Translations under genes and position numbers: made by a program
In this document: positions 11,326 through 24,869 of the stretch, one piece after another
How positions within the stretch are numbered: position 1 is the stretch's first letter
Layout: each line of letters begins with the position of its first letter
NCBI GenBank assembly: GCA_964016885.1
Contig: OZ024753.1
Coordinates: forward strand, 16,864,001 to 16,928,000
DNA length: 64,000 nucleotides
From: Eledone cirrhosa
Lineage: Eukaryota
Reading direction: 5' to 3'
The notes under the pieces: model-generated
Told to the model about the DNA's origin: nothing
Seen by the model: only the letters and a program-made list of their open reading frames with translations
Databases searched by the model: none

Positions 11326-13290
11326 TGGCCAGTAGCCAGGAGGGAAGCTAGGAGACAAGTGTACTTCGCAAGAAGGGAAGCAGAGGAAAGAAAGTTCAAG
11401 CATGTTCTACAACGCGAGGACCAAAAACGTGAGGTGTTCAGGATTGCTAGGCAATATGTCAAGGAAAACCGTGATATTGTTGGGGAGAAGTGTGTACTTA
11501 ATGATGATGGTGTACTTGCCATCACTGACGCTGATAAGAAGGTAGCTTGGAAGTGTCACTACGAAAGGCTACTAAATGAGGAGAATAAATGGGAGAAAGA
11601 CAGTCTCCCCCACATCGACCCAATAGAGGGACCAGCATTGTTAGTCGAAGGTAGTATAATAAGTAAGGCGATCAAAGATATGAAGACCGGTAAGGCGGCT
11701 GGGCCTTAGGAAATAGTTGCTGAGATGCTGAAAGCCTCTGGAACGGTGGGACATACCATGGTCACCCGGATAGTAAACCAAGTCATACAGAATGGGGTCG
11801 TTCCGAAGGACTGTCATAGCAGCATCATCATTAACTACTACAAGGGTAAAGGTGATGCCCTAGATAGGAGTAACTATAGAGGCATTAAATTAATCGACCA
11901 GGTCATGAAGGTCACAGAAAAAGTAATAGCGCAACTAATCAGAGAGAGAATTGATCTAGATGAAATGCAGTTCGGGTTTGTGTCAGGCAAAAGTACCACA
12001 GACGCTCTTTTCAGGAGAAGTACCTAGCTAATTACAGGAGAAGTACCTAGCTAAAAGTAAACCCCTATACTTAGCTTTTGTCGACTTGGAGAAAGCCTTC
12101 GACAGAGTCCCCTGTTCCATTATCTGGTGGGCTCTTAGAAAACTAGGTGTTGATGAATGGCTTGTGAGAGCTATACAAGCCATGTATAAAGAAACAGTCA
12201 GCAAGGTTAGAATTAACAACGAATATAGTGAAGAGTTTAGCGTAAAAGTTGGTGTTCATCAGGGCTCTGTTCTTAGCCCCCTACTATTTATTATTGCCCT
12301 TCAGGCTATAACAGTGGAGTTCAAGACCGGCTGCCCGTGGGAACTCCTATACGCAGATGATCTAACGCTCATAGCTGAATCAATGGCTGAACTAGAGAAG
12401 AAATTCCAAACATGGAAGCATGGCCTAGAATCAAAAGGCCTTAAAATTAACCTGTCTAAGACTAAAGTTCTAGTTTGTAGGAAGGAAAATAGGGCGCCGG
12501 TCCCATCCGGAAAATGGCTATGCTCAATGTGTAGGAAAGGAGTAGGTAGAAACTCCATTTTATGTCCCAAATGCAAAGTATGGGTGCATAAAAGATGTAG
12601 TGGGATCACAGGTAAGCTAACTAAGAGCATAGATTTTATAGAAATAAGAGGGATCAGATGTTGTTTACTCGAGAGAAGGCTACGTTGGTATGGTCACGTG
12701 ATGCGCATGAAAAACGACAGCTGTATAAAAAAGTGCAGGGCAATAAAAATAGACGGTAGCCACGGAGTAGGCAGACCCAGAAAAACCTGGGACAACTTGA
12801 TAAATTCCGACCTCACACACTTACACCTCTCCAAGACAATATCACTGGACCGAGTGCTTTGGTGCTACACAGTAATAGAGAAGACCCGCCTTACCTAAGT
12901 ACAAAGTGAAACCTACTACAGTCAGTAGGCACCTCTAACAAAATACACCCCCGTCCCACTACCCCCACCCCATCCACACCACCCCTTTCAATGTAAAGTT
13001 ATGTTGGCACCACAACATCCAGCCCGAAACAAATGAGGTCGTGTAGGTGTCACGACAAAAAAAAACACAGAGTCCACGCTGTAATGTGGCCATGTAGATA
13101 ACACGGTAAAAACCTCCCAGTTCCACACTGTAAATGTGGTTGGTGTTAGGAAGGGCATCCAACTGTAGAAAACCCGCCAGACAGTCCTATACGAGCAGGA
13201 CAACCAATCTTGCCTCAAGTGGGAAAAATCCCGTCCAAACCCATGCAAGCATGGAATATGGACGTTAAACGACGATGACGACGACGATGT
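11326..13290 (+). mobile_element. 5'-truncated, disrupted RTE-clade LINE (RT, Cys/His finger, C-terminus, 3' UTR)
   Basis: KGKGDALDRSNYRGIKL, MQFGF, FVDLEKAFDRV, GVHQGSVLSPLLF, LLYADDL, CSMC...CPKCKVWVHKRC, RRLRWYGHVMR, GRPRKTW. Stop at ~11707, frameshift near 12030, (GAC/GAT)n tail. Confidence 0.92.
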
Positions 13291-13291
13291 G

Positions 13292-13332
<41 letters not shown>

Positions 13333-13334
<2 letters not shown>

Positions 13335-13485
13335 ATAGAAGGAGCTTCTACAGGACTAGTACTGTTTCATTCAGATGAAACAGTACTAGTACTGTAGAAG
13401 CTCCTTCTATAAAATAAAAAATGTTTACTCTGCCATGTATTGAGTACCTTACTTACTGTGGTTATCCCCGACTCAACCCGGGACC

Positions 13486-13490
<5 letters not shown>
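13333..13490 (+). mobile_element. Fold-back mini-element, family C
   Basis: Palindrome at ~13331-13414 centred on ttcattc-agat-gaaa; right arm and tail are homologous to 33572-33686. Confidence 0.8.
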
Positions 13491-13528
<38 letters not shown>

Positions 13529-13645
13529 CGATCAGCAAGACTATTCTCTGTAATTATACATACTCTGCAGCATATATTGAGTACTACACTGATCTGTGTC
13601 TTCCTAGTCTCTGATCTATCAACACTATATATATCATCATCAAGG

Positions 13646-13835
13646 ACGGCGTATTGCCAGTATCAGTAGAGGGTTGGAGGCCATGCTTTGCAGCATAGAG
13701 TTACGTCCCTTTACGGTCTGAGTTTAAATCCCGCCAAGGTTAGCTCTGCCTTTCATCCTTACGGGGTCGATAAAATAAAGTACCAGTAATACACTGGGAT
13801 AATTGCTGGCCTTGTGCCAAAAGTAGAAACAATTA
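13646..13835 (+). mobile_element. tRNA-derived SINE with Meta-like domain
   Basis: B box gagtttaaatcc, then gcctttcatccttacggggtcgataaaataaagtaccag. Confidence 0.85.
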
Positions 13836-14190
13836 TATATATCATCATGGGTTAGCATGGAAAATAATGGACGTTAAACGGTGATGATGATGATGTACAT
13901 ACATACAGAGGCACACACACACACACATACAGGCACAAACATACACACACGCTCATACACACACGCTCATACACACACACACAGGCACATACAAACACAG
14001 GCACACACACACAGGTGCACACACATATACACACACATGCACACACACACACATATACTTACTGCAGTCAACATTTTCTTTCCTTCTTCCAGAGGTGATA
14101 AAATACAATGTGGTAGATTCAGGGAATTGTGGACAGGATGCTTGGCAGAATCTACCTAATTTCTCAGGCCTTTAGATTTCAAATCCTACT

Positions 14191-14443
14191 GAGGTCTGGC
14201 CTTACAAACTCCCAGGGTTGAAGTCTGGCCTTCTCAGGGGTGAGGTCTGGCTTTACAAACTCCCAGTGGTGAGGTCTGGCTTTACAATCTCTCAGGGTTG
14301 AGGTCTGGCCTTATAAATTCTCAGGGGTGAGGTCTGTCCTTTCAAATTCTCAGGGTTGAGGTCTGGCTTTACAAACTCCCAGGTTTGAGGTCTGGCCTTA
14401 TAAACTCTCAGGGGTGAGGTCTGGCTTTACAAACTCTCAGGGT
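14191..14443. repeat. 29-bp minisatellite (gaggtctggccttacaaactctcagggtt), ~9 copies
   Basis: Directly visible; begins right after a SINE B-box-like head. Confidence 0.85.
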
Positions 14444-15137
14444 CCATAAATAGCAGTGAAGGGTTGTTGGATGGGTTACATTGGTAGGGATTGTTACTGT
14501 CAGCTACTATCAGGAATAGAAAGACCATTAGAAATATACTATATATATATACTGGAATATAAGCTGTTACGAATATAAGGTGACCCCACTATTTTTTGTC
14601 TGAATCCAATCTTTATTTACATAGAATTTGAAGTTAAATATTAACCCCGAATATAATCCGACCCCCATTCTTTTACAATCGATTATTTTGTCACATTCCT
14701 TGATTTATATTTGAGTATATACGATAATTTCCTTGGTCTGGTCTGAAAACTAGCTCCTTTTTTAAAAATTCTTTTATTTATTTATTTACATACAGTTATG
14801 CACTTCATCTCGTCAGGGTTCATAAAGCCCCAGTTTATGGCTGCTTTCTTCCCTATTCTTGCCTGACCCCTACTTTTTTTTCAGTCAGCTACATGAAACG
14901 TCTGTCTCAAGCCCAGAATCTCATGTCGCTGGTATTGAACCTAGTTTCATGGCATGAAGTGACTAAGACTACAAGACTCCTCCTGGACAGGAAGCCAGTA
15001 AATTGCAAGGTTAAAGCTCCAGCTAATGCTGCTCGTACTTATTTTCAGCTGGGTATACTGGAGAAAGTATACTGAATCAAAGTGTTTTGCTTAAGAACAC
15101 AACACACAACCCAGTTCACGAATCGAACCCATGACTA

Positions 15138-15410
15138 AGGCTGGATTTAATGGGGGACAAAGGGTGTAATTGCCCCGAGACCCCACCAGCAACAGCTGTA
15201 GCAATTTATTAGTGCCCTCAGCTGGGCTTTTTAGTTTTAGGATGGTTAGATTTTTTGAATTTAATCCCTGTATGTATAACTTTTCAATTCCAATTACTTG
15301 CATATGTAAGATTAGGGTAGGGGGGTGGGTGTATTCTAATTATTTTGTGTATGTGGGACCCCTCCAAACCTGAAGTGCCCTGGGCCCCTCAAGGTCTAAA
15401 GCCAATCCTG
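15138..15410. mobile_element. Old hAT-like MITE inserted in a CORE-like SINE
   Basis: Degenerate TIRs aggctggatttaa / taaagccaatcctg; similar flanks cccatgac / cccacaac; SINE halves on either side. Confidence 0.45.
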
Positions 15411-16277
15411 CCCACAACATGGTAAGTCCAACAGTCTTACCACATACCTCTACTTAGCTGCATGAAGGTGCCCTAAAAGAAGTCACCCCACCAGGGTTCC
15501 ACTGATTCTGTGTTGACATGACCCCTAACAATATGATTCCCACATGTTACTCCCCCATCCCACTGACATCTGCAGTGCCTTATTTACAGCAATCACATAT
15601 ATCATATACTCCCCTTTACTTGCATATGATGGAGCTTTTAGAACTGCTAAACATAGCAGCTAGGTCCCCCCAAAATCATGCTCTACTACTCTCTTACAAA
15701 AAGAAAAAGTATATCAATCTCAATTCATCAATATTTAGTTTTCTCTCTCAATATCATAAAGTGTAATTTCAGGAAGATTTGACTGCCATTTCCAGCATAT
15801 CAAGTGACCATGTATGAGCGCCTTTGTTATTGTTTGCTGTGATTATTACATTTAAAAAAAAAATTGTGTGTCCCAGACCAATTTTCCTGTGTCCTTCATT
15901 TTCGTATGGCTGTTATGATCTACTACGAGGGATTTAGCCTTCTATTACTAACAGATTGGGCTATGGTGTTGAAGTTCCTTAATAGTTGATATAATCTTAC
16001 ATAGTTTAAGGGACACTATTGATCTGTGGAACCTGCCTAGTCATTCAGAGGTGTCCCTTAAACTGTGTCTCACTGGGGTGGAGTGTTTGATACACTATAG
16101 TAAGAAAGATGCCCTGAATCACATTCCTCCTGCCCCTCCTCAGTTTTATGCCTTCCTCATTCCCTCTATTGCTATTAAACATTAAGGAAAATATATTTTA
16201 TTTTGCTTATTTTTCTTCTCTTACAATTTAACCTTTAAAGAGCTTCTGATGGACTGAATTACGTCACTAGTTAGGTC

Positions 16278-19200
16278 GACATAGAAAGCTCCACATTTCT
16301 GTTCACTCTCCACACTTTATATAATTCCCAGGGACCAGACACAGAAAGCCCGACATTTCTGTTCACTCTCCACACTTTATATAATTCCCAGGGACCAGAC
16401 ACAGAAAGCCCCACATTTCTGTTCACTCTCCACACTTTATATAATTCCCAGGGACCAGACACAGAAAGCCCCACATTTTTGTTCACTCTCCATGCTTTAT
16501 ATAATTCCCAGGGACCAGACACAGAAAGCCCCACATTTCTGTTCACTCTCCACACTTTATATAATTCCCAGGGACCAGACACAGAAAGCCCCACATTTCT
16601 GTTCACTCTCCACACTTTATATAATTCCCAGGGACCAGACACAGAAAGCCCCACATTTTTGTTCACTCTCCATGCTTTATATAATTCCCAGGGACCAGAC
16701 ACAGAAAGCCCCACATTTCTGTTCACTCTCCACACTTTATATAATTCCCAGGGACCAGACACAGAAAGCCCCACATTTCTGTTCACTCTCCACACTTTAT
16801 ATAATTCCCAGGGACCAGACACAGAAAGCCCCACATTTTTGTTCACTCTCCATGCTTTATATAATTCCCAGGGACCAGACACAGAAAGCCCCACATTTCT
16901 GTTCACTCTCCACACTTTATATAATTCCCAGGGACCAGTCACAGAAAGACCCACATTTCTGTTCACTCTCCACGCTTTATATAATTCCCAGGGACCAGAC
17001 ACAGAAAGCCCCACATTTCTGTTCACTCTCCATGCTTTATATAATTCCCAGGGACCAGACACAGAAAGCCCCACATTTCTGTTCACTCTCCACACTTTAT
17101 ATAATTCCCAGGGACCAGACACAGAAAGCCCCACATTTCTGTTCACTCTCCACACTTTATATAATTCCCAGGGACCAGACACAGAAAGCCCCACATTTTT
17201 GTTCACTCTCCATGCTTTATATAATTCCCAGGGACCAGACACAGAAAGCCCCACATTTCTGTTCACTCTCCACACTTTATATAATTCCCAGGGACCAGTC
17301 ACAGAAAGCCCCACATTTCTGTTCACTCTCCACGCTTTATATAATTCCCAGGGACCAGACACAGAAAGCCCCACATTTCTGTTCACTCTCCATGCTTTAT
17401 ATAATTCCCAGGGACCAGACACAGAAAGCCCCACATTTCTGTTCACTCTCCACACTTTATATCATTCCCAGGGACCAGACACAGAAAGCCCCACATTTCT
17501 GTTCACTCTCCACACTTTATATAATTCCCAGGGACCAGACACAGAAAGCCCCACATTTCTGTTCACTCTCCACACTTTATATAATTCCCAGGGACCAGAC
17601 ACAGAAAGCCCCACATTTTTGTTCACTCTCCATGCTTTATATAATTCCCAGGGACCAGACACAGAAAGCCCCACATTTCTGTTCACTCTCCACACTTTAT
17701 ATAATTCCCAGGGACCAGTCACAGAAAGCCCCACATTTCTGTTCACTCTCCATGCTTTATATAATTCCCAGGGACCAGACACAGAAAGCCCCACATTTCT
17801 GTTCACTCTCCATGCTTTATATAATTCCCAGGGACCAGACACAGAAAGCCCCACATTTCTGTTCACTCTCCATGCTTTATATAATTCCCAGCGACCAGAC
17901 ACAGAAAGCCCCACATTTCTGTTCACTCTCCATGCTTTATATAATTCCCAGGGACCAGACACAGAAAGCCCCACATTTCTGTTCACTCTCCATGCTTTAT
18001 ATAATTCCCAGGGACCAGACACAGAAAGCCCCCCACATTTCTGTTCACTCTCCACACTTTATATAATTCCCAGGGACCAGACACAGAAAGCCCCACATTT
18101 CTGTTCACTCTCCACACTTTATATAATTCCCAGGGACCAGACACAGAAAGCCCCACATTTCTGTTCACTCTCCATGCTTTATATAATTCCCAGGGACCAG
18201 ACACAGAAAGCCCCACATTTCTGTTCACTCTCCATGCTTTATATAATTCCCAGGGACCAGACACAGAAAGCCCCCCACATTTCTGTTCACTCTCCATGCT
18301 TTATATAATTCCCAGGGACCAGACACAGAAAGCCCCACATTTCTGTTCACTCTCCATGCTTTATATAATTCCCAGGGACCAGACACAGAAAGCCCCCCAC
18401 ATTTCTGTTCACTCTCCATGCTTTATATAATTCCCAGGGACCAGACACAGAAAGCCCTACATTTCTGTTCACTCTCCATGCTTTATATAATTCCCAGGGA
18501 CCAGACACAGAAAGCCCCACATTTCTGTTCACTCTCCATGCTTTATATAATTCCCAGGGACCAGACACAGAAAGCCCCCCACATTTCTGTTCACTCTCCA
18601 TGCTTTATATAATTCCCAGGGACCAGACACAGAAAGCCCCACATTTCTGTTCACTCTCCATGCTTTATATAATTCCCAGGGACCAGACACAGAAAGCCCC
18701 CCACATTTCTGTTCACTCTCCATGCTTTATATAATTCCCAGGGACCAGACACAGAAAGCCCCACATTTCTGTTCACTCTCCATGCTTTATATAATTCCCA
18801 GCGACCAGACACAGAAAGCCCCACATTTCTGTTCACTCTCCATGCTTTATATAATTCCCAGGAACCAGACACAGAAAGCCCCACATTTCTGTTCACTCTC
18901 CATGCTTTATATAATTCCCAGGGACCAGACACAGAAAGCCCCCCACATTTCTGTTCACTCTCCATGCTTTATATAATTCCCAGGGACCAGACACAGAAAG
19001 CCCCACATTTCTGTTCACTCTCCATGCTTTATATAATTCCCAGCGACCAGACACAGAAAGCCCCACATTTCTGTTCACTCTCCATGCTTTATATAATTCC
19101 CAGGAACCAGACACAGAAAGCCCCACATTTCTGTTCACTCTCCACACTTTATATAATTCCCAGCGACCAGACACAGAAAGCCCCACATTTCTGTTCACTC

Positions 19201-22200
19201 TCCACACTTTATATAATTCCCAGGGACCAGACACAGAAAGCCCCACATTTCTGTTCACTCTCCACACTTTATATAATTCCCAGGGACCAGACACAGAAAG
19301 CCCCACATTTCTGTTCACTCTCCACACTTTATATAATTCCCAGGGACCAGACACAGAAAGCCCCACATTTCTGTTCACTCTCCACACTTTATATAATTCC
19401 CAGGGACCAGACACAGAAAGCCCCACATTTCTGTTCACTCTCCACACTTTATATAATTCCCAGGGACCAGACACAGAAAGCCCCACATTTCTGTTCACTC
19501 TCCACACTTTATATAATTCCCAGGGACCAGACACAGAAAGCCCCCCACATTTCTGTTCACTCTCCATGCTTTATATAATTCCCAGGGACCAGACACAGAA
19601 AGCCCTACATTTCTGTTCACTCTCCATGCTTTATATAATTCCCAGGGACCAGACACAGAAAGCCCCACATTTCTGTTCACTCTCCATGCTTTATATAATT
19701 CCCAGGGACCAGACACAGAAAGCCCCCCACATTTCTGTTCACTCTCCATGCTTTATATAATTCCCAGGGACCAGACACAGAAAGCCCCACATTTCTGTTC
19801 ACTCTCCATGCTTTATATAATTCCCAGGGACCAGACACAGAAAGCCCCCCACATTTCTGTTCACTCTCCATGCTTTATATAATTCCCAGGGACCAGACAC
19901 AGAAAGCCCCACATTTCTGTTCACTCTCCATGCTTTATATAATTCCCAGCGACCAGACACAGAAAGCCCCACATTTCTGTTCACTCTCCATGCTTTATAT
20001 AATTCCCAGGAACCAGACACAGAAAGCCCCACATTTCTGTTCACTCTCCACACTTTATATAATTCCCAGGGACCAGACACAGAAAGCCCCACATTTCTGT
20101 TCACTCTCCATGCTTTATATAATTCCCAGGGACCAGTCACAGAAAGACCCACATTTCTGTTCACTCTCCACGCTTTATATAATTCCCAGGGACCAGACAC
20201 AGAAAGCCCCACATTTCTGTTCACTCTCCATGCTTTATATAATTCCCAGCGACCAGACACAGAAAGCCCCACATTTCTGTTCACTCTCCACACTTTATAT
20301 AATTCCCAGGGACCAGACACAGAAAGCCCCACATTTCTGTTCACTCTCCACACTTTATATAATTCCCAGGGACCAGACACAGAAAGCCCCACATTTCTGT
20401 TCACTCTCCACACTTTATATAATTCCCAGGGACCAGACACAGAAAGCCCCACATTTCTGTTCACTCTCCACACTTTATATAATTCCCAGGGACCAGACAC
20501 AGAAAGCCCCACATTTCTGTTCACTCTCCACACTTTATATAATTCCCAGGGACCAGACACAGAAAGCCCCACATTTCTGTTCACTCTCCACACTTTATAT
20601 AATTCCCAGGGACCAGACACAGAAAGCCCCACATTTTTGTTCACTCTCCATGCTTTATATAATTCCCAGGGACCAGACACAGAAAGCCCCACATTTCTGT
20701 TCACTCTCCACACTTTATATAATTCCCAGGGACCAGTCACAGAAAGCCCCACATTTCTGTTCACTCTCCATGCTTTATATAATTCCCAGGGACCAGACAC
20801 AGAAAGCCCCACATTTCTGTTCACTCTCCATGCTTTATATAATTCCCAGGGACCAGACACAGAAAGCCCCACATTTCTGTTCACTCTCCATGCTTTATAT
20901 AATTCCCAGCGACCAGACACAGAAAGCCCCACATTTCTGTTCACTCTCCATGCTTTATATAATTCCCAGGGACCAGACACAGAAAGCCCCACATTTCTGT
21001 TCACTCTCCATGCTTTATATAATTCCCAGGGACCAGACACAGAAAGCCCCCCACATTTCTGTTCACTCTCCACACTTTATATAATTCCCAGGGACCAGAC
21101 ACAGAAAGCCCCACATTTCTGTTCACTCTCCACACTTTATATAATTCCCAGGGACCAGACACAGAAAGCTCCACATTTCTGTTCACTCTCCATGCTTTAT
21201 ATAATTCCCAGGGACCAGACACAGAAAGCCCCACATTTCTGTTCACTCTCCATGCTTTATATAATTCCCAGGGACCAGACACAGAAAGCCCCCCACATTT
21301 CTGTTCACTCTCCATGCTTTATATAATTCCCAGGGACCAGACACAGAAAGCCCCACATTTCTGTTCACTCTCCATGCTTTATATAATTCCCAGGGACCAG
21401 ACACAGAAAGCCCCCCACATTTCTGTTCACTCTCCATGCTTTATATAATTCCCAGGGACCAGACACAGAAAGCCCTACATTTCTGTTCACTCCCCATGCT
21501 TTATATAATTCCCAGGGACCAGACACAGAAAGCCCCACATTTCTGTTCACTCTCCATGCTTTATATAATTCCCAGGGACCAGACACAGAAAGCCCCCCAC
21601 ATTTCTGTTCACTCTCCATGCTTTATATAATTCCCAGGGACCAGACACAGAAAGCCCCACATTTCTGTTCACTCTCCATGCTTTATATAATTCCCAGGGA
21701 CCAGACACAGAAAGCCCCCCACATTTCTGTTCACTCTCCATGCTTTATATAATTCCCAGGGACCAGACACAGAAAGCCCCACATTTCTGTTCACTCTCCA
21801 TGCTTTATATAATTCCCAGCGACCAGACACAGAAAGCCCCACATTTCTGTTCACTCTCCATGCTTTATATAATTCCCAGGAACCAGACACAGAAAGCCCC
21901 ACATTTCTGTTCACTCTCCACACTTTATATAATTCCCAGGGACCAGACACAGAAAGCCCCACATTTCTGTTCACTCTCCATGCTTTATATAATTCCCAGG
22001 GACCAGTCACAGAAAGACCCACATTTCTGTTCACTCTCCACGCTTTATATAATTCCCAGGGACCAGACACAGAAAGCCCCACATTTCTGTTCACTCTCCA
22101 TGCTTTATATAATTCCCAGCGACCAGACACAGAAAGCCCCACATTTCTGTTCACTCTCCACACTTTATATAATTCCCAGGGACCAGACACAGAAAGCCCC

Positions 22201-23085
22201 ACATTTCTGTTCACTCTCCACACTTTATATAATTCCCAGGGACCAGACACAGAAAGCCCCACATTTCTGTTCACTCTCCACACTTTATATAATTCCCAGG
22301 GACCAGACACAGAAAGCCCCACATTTCTGTTCACTCTCCACACTTTATATAATTCCCAGGGACCAGACACAGAAAGCCCCACATTTCTGTTCACTCTCCA
22401 CACTTTATATAATTCCCAGGGACCAGACACAGAAAGCCCCACATTTCTGTTCACTCTCCACACTTTATATAATTCCCAGGGACCAGACACAGAAAGCCCC
22501 ACATTTCTGTTCACTCTCCACACTTTATATAATTCCCAGGGACCAGACACAGAAAGCCCCACATTTCTGTTCACTCTCCACACTTTATATAATTCCCAGG
22601 GACCAGACACAGAAAGCCCCACATTTCTGTTCACTCTCCACACTTTATATAATTCCCAGGGACCAGACACAGAAAGCCCCACATTTCTGTTCACTCTCCA
22701 CACTTTATATAATTCCCAGGGACCAGACACAGAAAGCCCCACATTTCTGTTCACTCTCCACACTTTATATAATTCCCAGGGACCAGACACAGGAAGCCCC
22801 ACATTTCTGTTCACTCTCCACACTTTATATAATTCCCAGGGACCAGACACAGAAAGCCCCACATTTCTGTTCACTCTCCACACTTTATATAATTCCCAGG
22901 GACCAGACACAGAAAGCCCCACATTTCTGTTCACTCTCCACACTTTATATAATTCCCAGGGACCAGACACAGAAAGCCCCACATTTCTGTTCACTCTCCA
23001 TGCTTTATATAATTCCCAGGGACCAGACACAGATAGCCCCACATTTCTGTTCACTCTCCACACTTTATATAATTCCCAGGGACCA
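16278..23085. repeat. 60-bp tandem satellite, ~113 copies, with 62-bp variants and higher-order structure
   Basis: Unit ccacatttctgttcactctccacactttatataattcccagggaccagacacagaaagcc, highly homogeneous. Confidence 0.98.
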
Positions 23086-23334
23086 TTGAAATCCCATTTT
23101 AGCAATTTTGCTTTGTTTTTTTGTGGAAATTTCTCAGCTTGAAAACTGCCTGGTGTCAATGCATGGTTCCATAACTCCCGAGGGATTTGTAGGGGCACTG
23201 TATTGACATTTGGTGTTTCTCAGGCATTTTAAAACCTAGTGGAGCCCATCTCATCTCCAGGTGTGAATACAGCAGATTTGTTCCAGAGAAAGATAGATAG
23301 TGAGAGGGAGGAAGTGAGAAATAGAGGAAGAACT

Positions 23335-23492
23335 GACCCCCCCAGTACTAGACTGGTACTTTTTTCTCGACCTCGAATGGATGAAAGGCAAAGTTGACCT
23401 TGGTGGGATTTGAACTCAGAGAGGAGAGCGCCGGTATGAATACCACAAGGAATTCTATCCAACGTTCTAACAATTCTGCCAATTTGCTGCCT
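23335..23492 (-). mobile_element. Meta-like SINE, diverged
   Basis: ctggtact...ggatgaaaggcaaagttgacc...gggatttgaactc. Confidence 0.7.
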
Positions 23493-23775
23493 TCCTCATG
23501 TCAATACTTCAGTGTAAATATTTCACTAAAGAAAGATATTAATATTCTGTATTATTCAATAGAATTATTCTATTGAATAATACAGAATTATGTGTTAATT
23601 TTCATTTGCGACATAAGAATCACTTAAAATACATTCATACTAACAAATGCAAACACAGACATACTGCTGGCCACAACCACGACTTCCATTAACGAATATT
23701 GCTATTCATTAACTAATAATCGAACAGCTAGTGCAGTTCTCACTATATCACATAATTCTGTGCCTTTGAGAATTC

Positions 23776-23955
23776 TATCTTACTGTCATCACTTTCTCTC
23801 CAACTAACACCACCCCTCTCTTTTCCTTACCTCTTCCATACTATAAGTAAACAGCCTCCTCTATCTTACTGTCATCCCTTTCTCTCCAACTAACACCACC
23901 CCTCTCTTTTCCTTACCTCTTCCATACTATAAGTAAACAGCCTCCTCTATCTTCT
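23776..23955. repeat. 85-bp tandem duplication
   Basis: ctatcttactgtcatc... occurs at 23776 and 23861. Confidence 0.85.
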
Positions 23956-24203
23956 GCATCACATTGTTACTACTTTCTTTTCAAGGAACACCTTCCTCTC
24001 TATATTTTTGACCTCCAACTGCATAACACGAACAAATATATAACAATTACCAGACCACCCGTGACCCAACAGGTCATGTTCACTTCAAAATATTTGTTAA
24101 AAATCATGTTCGCTTAAAAATAATTTTTAAATAATTAAAATATACACAGACATGCATATAATGTGGAATGAAACTAGGAGGCCCATATATATATATATAT
24201 GTA

Positions 24204-24435
24204 TCATCATCATCATCATCGTTTAATGTCTATCTTCCACGCTTGCATGGGTTTAGACGGGAATTGTCCCATGTGAGGCAAGATTGGTCGTCCCGCTCGT
24301 ATAGGACTGTCTGGCGGGTTTTCTATGGCTGAATGCCCTTCTTAACACCAACCACGTTTACAGTGTGGACTGGGAGGTTTTACCGTGTTACCTACACGGC
24401 CACATTACAGCGTGGACTGTGTGTTTTTGTTGACG
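24204..24435 (-). mobile_element. RTE 3' UTR fragment
   Basis: Reverse complement of 13060-13290, with (CAT)n. Confidence 0.85.
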
Positions 24436-24869
24436 TGTGTGTATGAATATATATAAATGTGTGTGTGTGTGTGTGTATATATATATACGTGGGTGCCTGT
24501 GATCTATATACACAGGTCATAGACACACACATATATATATACACAACAACACCACCAGCTCTCTCTCTTCCATTCTCCTTCTCTGTCTCCTCTCTATGTC
24601 TCTCTTTTAATCTACTCTCTCACAACCACTATCTCTTTCTCTCTGTCTTTCTCTCTCTCTGTTTATGAAGGTACCTGGAAGAACCCCATATCTTGGGAAC
24701 CTGTGGTCTGATTTACGCGAAACTTGTTTTATTCCATTTGTATCCCCATTTCAGGGTCAACCTCCTTTCAAAGTATTTTCCCATTATGCGCCCTTTTGGC
24801 TGTATTACATTACAGACAAGCAAGCAAGCAATCACAGAGTTTTAGTAGTATATAGATATATAATGATAA

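Noticed and set aside
16271-23198. Long ORFs (up to 609 aa) on both strands
   Set aside because: They follow from a 60-bp unit without stops in several frames. The 2-bp indel variants shift frames freely, and there is no unique coding sequence or splice context.
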